From Phallusia mammillata (lineage: Eukaryota): a stretch of 64,000 nt of DNA. The stretch's first letter is position 1; each line of letters begins with the position of its first letter. The translations under genes were made by a program, and so were the position numbers. The stretch covers positions 3,100,001 to 3,164,000 of the forward strand of contig OZ281498.1 of NCBI GenBank assembly GCA_965637545.1, written 5' to 3'. The notes under the pieces are model-generated. The model was not told the DNA's origin and ran no database searches. It saw nothing but the letters and a program-made list of their open reading frames with translations. Positions 1-10,790 of the stretch are shown piece by piece.

Positions 1-1084
1 AATCAGTTTAAAAGCCAATGTTTTATCGTTGATCTCTCTCTTTTGCATCGTATTTTTTCCTTGAGATAAATGAGACTTGATGTGTGTTGCGTAACCAGAA
101 TAAAAGACAAGAACTAAATTGATCTTTTGTGGATCGTGTCGGCTCTATGCAGCAAGCGTTAAGAATCGTAATAATGAACTTACTCGCTACTGCAGACGAC
201 CGATACGAGCCACGAGAAGCAGAAGAAACAACAAGCTTTCAAATAAAGAATAACACAGCGCGCGCGCACACGAGCCCCCGCAAATTGGTGCCATCCGATT
301 GTGGTTCGGCCACGCATTTTAAGAAACTGCAACCTAGACACTACCGAGAACATTGCATTCTACTCGGAGATCTACAGAAATCACGTCGCCAAGATCAAGC
401 TGGCACATACGTTGATCGCCTTATAAAGTAAGCGTGCTTGATACATTTCTATACTTGGCAAATTTCCCCTGTGTGCATGTTATTTACCAAACGCTATTTT
501 GTAAATTAAATTTTGATTGACTTCGTAGCATCAGAAAACACAAGGAAGTTTGTGAAATGTTAATGTTAAATAAATGTTTGTTAGACAATACGTTGTTGCA
601 TGCTAATTTATGTGTTGCATGTGCATGTACTGAAATTGTAAAAGAGGCAAACATATACACACACACCACCGTGGATCAGTTTATACAGTCAGTGAAGTTT
701 GGTCGCTCAGAAAAAAGCAAAAGTGTATCGCAAAAGAAAGACACACTTAGTAGTGGTCCTGCAGCGAAAACTCGCAGCAAAAGCAGAATGGCTCGTTCAG
801 CTGAAGACGCTACAACGACCAAGACACCAGAGTGAAGCTAGACAGCAATCGCTATTGCGCTAAAACTAAAAAAGATACGGTACTGAAATTTTGAAACAAT
901 ATTCTACGTTTTTAGAGCGTTTCAGCGCACAAACTTTCGAAAAAAAAATTTTTTTTAGTTAATAATACGTGTATGTTGAAATTAATATTCATCGATATGA
1001 ACGTCATAACGCCAGGAGTACTCCATAAAATGTCTTGCAGAGTCTTTTTATAAACACATGCTTCAAGATAAGCCCAAAGACAAT

Positions 1085-2045
1085 GATCTAGCAACGGAGA
1101 GTCAAGTCGAAATATTAATAACAATATGCCATATTCACCCCCAACAATATCGGATGTGCGCTGGCCCTAAAATTTAACGCAGTGAATTGAAATTTACAAA
1201 TTTTATTCTTTACATCAGGGGTGGGGAACTTGCGGCCCGCTTGCCTTTTTAATGTGGCCCGCGTCACAATTTTGTTTAAAGTACAGCATAAAACATAGTA
1301 TGAAAAAACAACAACAATAAAATGTTTATGTACAAATATTTACTTGAAAAGACTTCGACATTTCTACATTTGACGCCAAACTTATTAAAATTGCCACAAA
1401 TTTGACGACTTGCTGTATTTGTGACGTAACAGTCACTCGACTGTCTCTCCTTGCAGTAACGAATCATTTGCCATGTGGTGTTAGTTTTAAATTGATTTTA
1501 GAGCTATTAGCGTGGATCCTTATAGTGTTACATAAAATATATTCGATATAATGGAGCTAGGGTGTTCCAGAAAGAATGGACAGATTTTAGTCGAATTAAG
1601 TGATAAACCTGTATGCCTTGTTTGTTGCGAAAAAATCAAATCTTGGAGCGATGAAATATAAAATTACTTGTGTGCTTAGGGTATTACACGAAATTTGAAA
1701 ATAAAAAAAACATTTGGCCCGCCCGAAAATGTTGTGCAATTCATGCGGCCCGCAGCACTAAGTAGGTTCCCCGGCCCTGCTTTACATCCATACCTTTAAA
1801 ATGAGCCATCACCCGATCTTCTAGCAACGGAAACAAAGCACTAATACACTATCGAATATTCATAACCGACATCCCAAAACCGAAATAATTCCATCCAAAT
1901 AATATTCAATGTGCTCTGGCCCTAAACTTCATCGCTACTCCATGAAATTTACAATTGTTGTTCTCTACATTCCTACCTTTAAAATGAGCCATCACTCGAG
2001 CTTCTAGCAACACATTAAAAGCACATTGAATATTCACTCTGGTAG
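1085..2045 (-). repeat. Degenerate ~180-bp tandem repeat (about 2.5 units) interrupted by the hAT element
   Basis: Blocks CTAGCAAC, GTGC(G/T)CTGGCCCTAAA, GAAATTTACAA and CCTTTAAAATGAGCCATCAC recur; minus-strand translations align (LLEARVMAHFKGRNVENNNCKF / LLEDRVMAHFKGMDVKNKICKF) but contain stops. Confidence 0.7.
1216..1779 (+). mobile_element. hAT (Charlie/Buster/SPIN-type) non-autonomous element, 564 bp
   Basis: Termini CAGGGGTGGGGAAC...GTTCCCCGGCCCTG; perfect 8-bp TSD CTTTACAT (1208-1215, 1780-1787); internal decayed transposase 5' fragment (~1551-1650) shared with the copy at ~50270-50661. Confidence 0.9.
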
Positions 2046-2299
2046 CTTCACTCTGGTAAGACACAAGACCGCAGATGTCATTTTGTTCTCCACTGAACTC
2101 TTGTACATTGTTGTAAATACTATTATTGTGATACAACTTACGATGAACTTTTGATGTCTATTCGCCAGCAATCACTTCCTTATTGCAATATCCATCCGGA
2201 CAAAAACATCGTCCGCAACAACTAAACATGCTAATGTGCTTTTCCACTAATTCCAACTTCGTTTCGGACAAGCAGTCCTTTTTCAACGAAGAATTAAGA

Positions 2300-2632
2300 A
2301 AGTAGAAACTATCTGCTTTCCAAATATTACGAGGTCTATCAATGCGCATCCTTTATGCGGACAACAAGTCCCTTTTAATAAGATATACGAAAGTGGAAAC
2401 TATCCATTTTCTCTATATTACGACGTCCAATTAAAAACCTCGAGTATTAATAACTGCTCTACCGACGATTTTTCTGTAGAAACTATCTGCCACGCACGTC
2501 GATGATTACAAAGCAGCTAACGAGTGGAAACTATCTGCTGAAATGAAGATGAAACAAAAGAACTAGTTCAGTAGAAACAATCTACTCTAAAGTCGACCAA
2601 AGCAACTAGCTGAGTAGAAAATATCTGCTCTG
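2300..2632. repeat. Six degenerate copies of the motif AGTRGAAACTATCTGCT at shrinking spacing (~90 to ~42 bp)
   Basis: Copies near 2301, 2391, 2476, 2523, 2571 and 2613; adjacent sequence also partly repeats (CGGACAA..AGTCC, GTCGACCAA). Confidence 0.7.
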
Positions 2633-3711
2633 TCGACCAATTTATACAACGAAGTTGCCATTTTACTCTATCTTGAGTACAAAGGCTCGCACGAATAAGT
2701 CATTTTCTATGTACTATAAGTCGCGTCGAGCCTTTTGCAACAATACCCAATGTAATTTTTTTGGCAGTTTTTATAAAATTTCTCCCCTGAACTCATAAAA
2801 TTCCTCCCTAGGGAGGAATTCCTCCCCGGTTGGGAACCACTGTATTAAACGAACCGTGCTGTGTCTCTTATCGTCGTCCAATGGGGTTGTTCAGCCGAAT
2901 CAAAAATTCCGCTAGGTGTCAGCACCTTCCGGTCATGCAATGCGTTGGTTTATGCTGGACACAATAGCAAAAAACATATATCGGCAAGCTTCGCACGTGT
3001 TTGGGGTGCATTTTTGTCGTCTAAATGTATGTTACGAATCAATGGACTATTATTCTTGTTATCTAAGACAAGTTTGTATGAACTGCAGGTTCAATATGTG
3101 TATTTCAGCTAAAATTCAGTGTTTTTTTTTCCCGCAAACCACTGCAGCATAGACGTTGGAAGACATGATAGGCACAGTAGTTTCGGAATACTTGCTTGTC
3201 TGCAACCTGGTCACGATTGACTTGACAAAACAATATCTTTAGGCAAATTATCTTGCCCTAGAGCCCATGTCAAACCGCTGTACCTGTTAATTTGATTGCG
3301 CACGCGTCGAGAATGCTCGGTGTGATCAGTTGCGGTTCGTCTATTTACCCATATGTAAGGAACTGTTACAGAATATTTTCGTATATACATTTTTGTGTCC
3401 ATTATAATTTGGACCCGGTTTACATTCGGTAAAGGATTCTGAACGGACATCTCTAATGGTAAGGTCTATTTCAAATTGCTATAATTTTTTATGTTATATT
3501 TGTTTTTCTTCTTATGGGGAGGAATGAATAGTTCGAAAATGAGGGAAGGGATGAATGTAACAAAAAAGGTTGGGAACCACTGGTTTAATACATTAACAAA
3601 TAACTAATTATGATTTACTTGAATAAATCAAGGGTTAAAATTGATTTATTTTGATATTGTGTCTATGGGTTGGTTAGACACATTACACATCCCACTGAGG
3701 CGAGTTGCTTT

Positions 3712-4008
3712 GGTAAAACTACTAACACAGGAACTCAAAGCACGCAGGCTTGCTAACTTCCGGTAGGTAGCGCACTCCGCACTCAAATAAAGACAGTTTA
3801 CGTAAAAAATATTGACAGTTAGGGCTATTATGGTTAGTCTGAGGTTTCATAATTTAATTACAAAAAAAATTAACCTAAAAACCTAGTTGTTTATGTTAAA
3901 TTTAGTCCCTAATCCTATCCCAGTTTCACTGTTTTTTAAATAGCTGCGGTATTTATTTACGCCATCCATCGGTATTTAGCAAACCGTCCCTGTGTTAGTA
4001 GCTCTACC
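3712..4008. mobile_element. MITE with 20-bp TIRs, Merlin-like
   Basis: GGTAAAACTACTAACACAGG ... CCTGTGTTAGTAGCTCTACC (18/20 match); flanks AGTTGCTTT / TGTTGCTTA are a 7/9 TSD. GG-starting TIRs with an 8-9 bp TSD fit Merlin, but the superfamily is inferred. Confidence 0.7.
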
Positions 4009-4810
4009 TGTTGCTTAAGCCTAAATTAAGCAAACTAGTAACTGCTGCAATATGCAAATTATGTTTAAGGAAGTCACTTAAAGTCTTAAACGGCTTAATA
4101 GCAATACATAAACAAACATTATTTGATATGATGAAAACCTTATTTTTTAAAATATGCAAAAACTACAACCCAAACAACCAACAACGCGTTTTGCTATTCA
4201 TTGATGCCAACGTACAGTCCTTTTTTATGCCTTACGAGAAACTTCATTTCAAAGCGTCGTTTCAAAACTTAGGACACAACACACGTTGCTAAATATTCTC
4301 ACGAGAAAAATACCAGCCAATGTCTGTGTAAAACATCACCACGTTTCTACAAATACTGTTGTCATTGTCAGCTGAAGTAAAACGAATAGAAGGGAAGTAG
4401 GTTCTTACGCGCAACTGAGAAAAAAGGAGCGACGTAAACTGCCTGACTCGTGGCATGCGCGTGTTTGCTGTTGAACCGTAACATTTTTGTCCAGGCCAGG
4501 CAAGGAATTATTACCAGTTGGGTTGTTTGCAGACGCTTTTACTGGTCAGACTTATTGGCGTCAATAAGTTACAGGGTTTTGTACAAAGTGCGTAGTGTTC
4601 TCTTTGCCTTACCTTAAAATGATGTCGTCGTTTGAGTTCGTATCTTTAAGAGTTTACGTATTACAACAAGCGCAGTGCAAACTCAAGTGAGATTTTATTT
4701 TTCAAAAATCTATTAAACAATTGTATTAAAACCTTTTTCGATGAATTGTATTAAAACCTATATTGGCCCATAAATATGTACAGCAAATGCATTGGCAAAA
4801 GTCAAAAAGT

Positions 4811-5783
4811 TCAATTGTTTCTCCACACATTATCATAATTATCCCACAGCGAACTCCAACCACTTGGACCTCCTTTTTCTTTAATCAGATCTTCCATAAT
4901 CTTTGACTGCTCTGGACACAAGTGGTTTTTCCAATCGCCAACTTCTCCCTTGCGAATGAATGGTAGACTTTCTGGTCGCTTAATTGCCATCTGTTAAACA
5001 CAAAAAACAGAATGGCACAAGTTAAATACATTTTTGGTAACATTGCGATCAACCCACTATTTCTGCCGAGACGACTTTCATGCTGGAAAAGCTGCTCTTT
5101 TCAATTACTTCCTGAAGAAGTTTTTCATTCTCCTTCATGAGAGACTCGTAATATTTGTTGCCGAGAAACTTGGCGATCTTCAAAATCTCGCCCTTTGGAT
5201 CAACTTTTAGATCTTCGTAAAGTAAAAACAGAATATTCTCTTCATGGCGCCGTTCGTACCAGTCAGCCACGTGATCAAAGTAACCCCAAAACTCGATGTC
5301 GCTTTTTACATAGCGATCAAACATCTTGCTAAAATCAAGATCTGGACACTGGTAGAGATCAAATCCCTTGCAGTGGTAGTAATAAGACACCATTGCATCT
5401 TTTGGATTGCGAGTTATGTACAGGTATTTTGCTGTAGGGTGCTTGGAAACCCAGTCGTACTTGTAATGATTTTTTACTATTCGAGGATACTTGCTGTCGT
5501 CAATATTGTCGGCAAACTCGCTCCCACAGAACTCCAGCATCGGAATCGAGTCCATCATGGATCCATTGATTTTCTCGCCTTCATGTATTATCAGCCAAAC
5601 AATATTATGAAGCCAGGTTGTTCCGCACTTTGGGGCCGAACAGACAAAGATGTCGGTTGGTTTTGCTTTATACTGTAATGCCGAATCGAGATGTTTCTGT
5701 TCAAAACCGCCGGGGTAAACGCAAGTTTCCCCTGTTATTGGATGTTTGAGGTAAGCATAGGTCACATCAGTTGGATCGCTCAT
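4811..5783 (-). CDS. Cytosolic sulfotransferase (Sulfotransfer_1 family), 2 exons, 301 aa
   Basis: Exon 1 5783-5058, 67-nt GT-AG intron, exon 2 4990-4811. 5'-PSB loop SAPKCGTTW, KNH catalytic His, 3'-PB motif RNPKDAMVSYY, C-terminal RKGEVGDWKNH in exon 2; frame and phase are consistent. Confidence 0.95.
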
Positions 5784-7607
5784 TTTTTTGACGGTAATTT
5801 TTACAGGTAGGCAAAGTATTTAGTTGCAAACTTGATGTTAGTTCTTCAAACAAATGCACAATCAAATAACCCAAGCAATTTGGAAAAAAAGTAACTTTTT
5901 CACATGTCCAGTCATACAAGAAAGCAAACGAGATAGCCTGAGTTGCTATATTTTAACACTTTTTCATTTCTAAAATCAACATGAAATGTTTGATGGCAAA
6001 CTTCAGAACGCAATACTTCAATACAGATAACCCTTGCATGGTCAACAACGGCAATACAGTATAAACCGCATTTAGTCGCAATGTCAAGCTGAAACTACGT
6101 CGATCATTGCCACTCGCTGGGCGCGGGATAAAAACATTGCTATTCCCGCTGCAGTATACATTACGTTCAATGTAACTACCAGCACGTTTTAATAAAAAAG
6201 GCGGCACTTTTGTCACTTCACGCACCTGTTTCAATAGTGACTTTCAGCTGCATTCGTTCAGTTCCTGCGCGTGTTACAAAACTCTACTTTTGGTCTGTGC
6301 GTTTGATGCAAGTAAGAGTCGCCATAACCGCAGTACAGTACCGGCCTTTTTATCGAAGGTCTTATCTGTAAATCATCAACTTCGTTCTGCCAGTCCTAAA
6401 ACACGTCGCTTGTTGTATTTTCACGATGCTTTTCCATTGTTTAATGTTTAGCCTGTGTGTGCATGTGTTGAACGTAACTAGATACCCAGCACAGTACCAG
6501 TCTTTCCATCACTAATCTCGTTTATATCGCCCCAATCACAAATCTTTTTGTGCCGAATTTCCCAACTCGTTCTGGTGTAAACACACGGGCTGAATAATAG
6601 AAAATTTTGGACTCACGTACCTGTCGTGGAGCTGATGTTGTCTTTTGTAACTTTTGAAGCTTACTGCAAGCACACTGAAAACACAAGTGCGATTTGTAGT
6701 TTTTCATCCAAAACCTCATGACATATTGCAATGACATGTAATTACACCCGTATTTGCCTATACTTTCAAATATACTAAAAGTCAAAAAAAGTTTGTTTGT
6801 TTATTTGCATGTTTGTCACGACACGCACTTACCTACCGTTTTAGCGATTGAATGACTTTGTCACGTTGATTTTTAATGTTCAACTTTGAGCCTGTGTTTT
6901 TGACAAACGTATCAGCTACTGAACCCGTCTTCTCAAGAAGCATAGTACCGGTCTTGCAATTGCAAATCTTTTTTGTGTCGCAGCATACTGACTTGAGTAA
7001 CCAAAATGTTTTTAGCACTGTGCCATGTAGAAACATGTTGATGAAATTTGCTATAGTGAAACAAAAAACTACTGACAACAAAAGTCAAAGGGAACCAAGT
7101 GATCTCTGCCATCGGAGTATGGCCCTCTCAAATCAGCAGTTTTTATTTTGCCTATGGTCACCATCAAAATGTTATTCAATTTTCATTCCTTGGATTACAA
7201 CCATTAAAAGAAATCTTGCTTTAACCACGACACGATGTACTATGTTATATATTTAAACCAAAGATAAGTAAGACGAGAAAAAGGTATATGTGACGGAAAA
7301 AAAAGAAAATGACAATTTCAACAACATATCTGCAAATTGAGGTACCAGTAAGTATAAGTTTCATTACCATATGACTAACAACTGTATAACAGGGTGGAAG
7401 CCTCAAGGTATGTAATCGTGCTGCTGTAAACTTTCAGTGCCGACGATTTAGTTTTTTGTTGGTTATGGTTGGCCTTGCTACGCCAATAACAGCAGCTATC
7501 ATGTCAAAACTACGTTCGCGATGTATTGTACACAAAAACACTGCTGGTTGCATAAATGTAAGGTTTTCTGAACGTATAGTATCAATGTTTTTGTACCTAT
7601 TTTTCAG

Positions 7608-8395
7608 TAATTCGATGCGGATCGCCAGAAGAGTATCTTAAAGAACGCAGAGCAAAGGCGACAAGTTTTTCATGTGAGGACTTTTACGGAACCCAAGTGC
7701 TGGTGGAATGTGTGAATGGGACCAGTATGGACGAGCAGCAGTTTCTGGAATGTGAAAACGACGGCAAATGGAGCGGAGAGCCTGGGTGCTTCTATAGCAA
7801 ACCAATCGACGAAGATTAGGATAAAAATGTCTTTTTAGGATGAGTTTGCATTGCGTAAGGAACTAAATTGTTGAAAATGACTTTCAATTTCATGCATTAA
7901 GTGTCTACTTTAGATTTCAACGTTTACTGTCATCAAACATCATAAAATAGATAAACCCAGTTTCTTCATGAAATTTTTGTGTTATTAACCTAAATGACCA
8001 TGTGTTAAAATACCACTGTGAAATTGGTATAGCGTTAGTTTTTAGTGGAGCTATGACCACTTAAAGGGTAATGTTTGTGTCAGCCCTAAGTTTGTAAACT
8101 AGGGAACAACCATGATCCCTGAAGGTGATGAGACAACGACGCCATCAGTTTCTGAATCCACAATGTCACCAACCGAAGCGGTCCAAACAACACGTAGGTC
8201 CAATGTAACTCATCAGTAAACTGGTCAATCTAAGTGAATACTAAATTACTTCGATTTAGAAACTCCACCGTCTGTAGCTGACCCAAAACATAGAAATGAT
8301 GAAAAATCGTCACCTTTTAACTTGTCACTGATAATTCCTGTTGCTGTTGCTATAGCGGTGGTTATTATGGCAGCTATTGCGTACTGGTGTTACAG
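7608..8395 (+). pseudogene. Decayed type-I membrane protein: CCP/Sushi domain(s), Ser/Thr stalk, TM helix
   Basis: Exon from 7608 reads IRCGSPEEY...FYGTQVLVECVNG...LECENDGKWSGEPGC (CCP) and ends in ATTAGG where a GT donor is expected, with in-frame TAG at 7817. A stop-ridden second CCP-like stretch follows at ~7913-8067, then a stalk exon from 8103 (GTTMIPEGDETTTPSVSESTMSPT) and a TM exon 8260-8395 (LIIPVAVAIAVVIMAAIAYWCYR). Upstream exons could not be rebuilt. Confidence 0.6.
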
Positions 8396-8744
8396 GTATG
8401 TTCGGTTAAGCAGTATTTATTGGTATATCGAAGTATGTATGTTTTCTGTATTTTTTTTGTCAATTGTGATAAATTTTGCTGGAGAATTTATTAAAAACCA
8501 ACGACGTGTTTATATTTATTTGCCTTGCTATCAGCAAAATGTATGACACAAAGATTTGTTTAGTGCAGTTTTGCGGATTTTGTGGTATACATCACTCACA
8601 GACAGCCCATAGTACAAAACTGATTACGATTACCGAAAACAGGGGTGTGCAACCTTTGTCACTGTGGGGCCAAAAACAATTGTCAAAATTAGATCGCGGG
8701 CCGCACCTATGTATAACACTAGGTGATTTTACTTTGTTGCTTAA

Positions 8745-9395
8745 TTCGGAAAAAGTATTCACCAAAAGGACATCGACGAGGCACTGCAATGTAAAGCTGT
8801 TCCCATGGCCGTCTTTATTTGTTCCTATGCTAAAACCGGAACAACATGGTTGCAGAATATAGCATGGCTTATTCTCCACCATGATATGCAAGGCTGTCTT
8901 CGTGACAACATTCCAATGTTAGAACTTGACGGTAGCAACTTTACAAACCAAATTGACAACACTGAGTATCCCCGCCTCATAAAGACACACATCAAGCAGA
9001 GCTGGGTACCTTTTCATCCAAAAGCAAAGTACCTGTACATCACACGTAACCCAAAAGACGCCATGGTTTCACTGTACTTTCACTATGAGGGTTTTCCACA
9101 ATAGCTTGATGCAATCGATTTCGACAAGCTTTTTGATATGTTCGTGCAAGGTGAAACTAACATAAACGGCTACTTCGACCACGTGACCGAATAGTACGAG
9201 AAGCTCAATGAAGCAAATGTTCTGTTTCTGCTCTACGAGAATTTGAAGCAAGAAGCAGAAAGTGAAATATTGAGAATTGCAAGGTTTCTGGGCGAGGAAT
9301 ATTACGAGGCGCTGCTAAAAGAGGACCGGAAACTATTGAAAGTCATTGTGGAGAAAAGCAGTTTTAAGCACATGAAAAACAACAACGTTAAATGG
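8745..9395 (+). pseudogene. Sulfotransferase pseudogene, paralog of 4811-5783
   Basis: SYAKTGTTW, KTH and RNPKDAMVSLY are collinear with the intact copy; in-frame TAG at 9102 and 9192 (the latter at a conserved Trp); donor at the homologous position (KW|gtatga); no RKGxxGDWK exon seen downstream; TAA upstream at 8742. Confidence 0.88.
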
Positions 9396-10790
9396 GTATG
9401 ACTTGAAAGTAGCCAATTTAAAATCATATTTATGCTGGTCCATGTACAAATTTACAAGTAAATTTTATAGGAGACCTTTAAAATGTCCATCAAATAGGCT
9501 ACGCTATATTATTTTTAGGAAGTTGAGGGCCGCAGTCTAAAACCAGTTCTTGGCCTGCTTTATCCAAATGTATTTTTTTATATAAATGAAAATTTTTGAA
9601 GATTTAATTACTTTACCAAAAACACACAAGATTTAAAAGAAATCTCGGGACTGGTACACATTCTTATTGAAGATAAGCTGTATTGCAAGAAGTCCTACAC
9701 CTATGTGCAAATGTCATCACATTTAGGTGGCTCTGTTGGGTCATTTTATCAATATTAGTTGTGGCTTTTATTGATTGTATCGGGCAACCTTAAGCTGAAA
9801 TGTTTTTGTGGCAATTTATGACGTATTTACACGCCTGGGTGTTTTCCTTTTAAGTCGCCTTTTAGTATTTATGGTTTTGCTTCTGGTGCCTGGGACTAAA
9901 ACAGTTTTTTTACTACAATTTTCAAATTCTACTACAGATCGATAAATCTCCTGTTTAAATCCGGATGCTTTTATTTCGCAGAACGTCACTTTCGCATTTA
10001 CTTTCGACAAAGATATTCAGTTTTGTTTGTCGGAACATTCACATGTAAAAAATGGCGTATGCGGGTGTCAATCAGTATTGGTAAAGCATTAGGCTGCACA
10101 TCGATGTGAAATCTTGGGGTTTAGCTACGGTTTAGCGGTTGGTCAAATCATTTATTTCAAAATTAGGAAAGTAGCTTTTTTAAAAAAGGGGTCGCTTTGT
10201 GGGCTTGTTATCATAACTCATTAAACAAGAGGACACTACTCCTCTATAGTGTTTGTTGCTTGATTCGTGAAACCTTCATAAATATTAGCTACCTTTGGTT
10301 TAAACCTCATGTAATGGAAGAGGCACTTGTAAGAATGTCGCGATTGCTGTGTAAAAAAGAACAAATGTATGTATGAAAGGCGAAACAATACTGAATGGGA
10401 AGTTACAATTATTTGAAATAACTACATAATACGCCTAAATACGCAAAGAGCATGAAAAAGTTTAAGAATCACCCAAAGGGGATGACACATAAATAGGCTA
10501 CAATGTTACCTCTATTAGTGTGTAGGAAAGTTTGAAACGTATGTTTATGGCTGAGGTAACAACGAACGACATGGAACAATAATAAAAAGTTCCTTATGAA
10601 AAGTCCTACAAACAACAATAACATCCTTCTTAATGCTTCAGTTGTCGAAAGAGCATTACATGGCTATAAAAGTGGAAAAAATAAGCTATTGCACTAAATG
10701 TATTTTAGTGAATCGGCCTAAAAATGTACAACAAATCAATATATATATGTACAAATGAAGAAGGAAACAAAGTTAAACACGCTACACAGT

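Noticed and set aside
129-835. ORFs 129-431 and 557-835 as a gene
   Set aside because: The 3' part of 557-835 could be a terminal exon of an upstream gene, but there is no homology or splice partner in the window.
2300-2632. CRISPR-like repeat-spacer array
   Set aside because: Repeats are short and degenerate, spacer lengths vary about threefold and are partly self-similar, no cas genes are present, and the context is eukaryotic.
2861-3470. P450-like fragments (YAGH, EYFRIY)
   Set aside because: Matches are too short, in inconsistent frames and lack supporting motifs.
5244-5678. 144-aa plus-strand ORF (likewise 13687-14043, 17958-18188, 8592-8891)
   Set aside because: Antisense shadows of real coding exons, with no motifs of their own.
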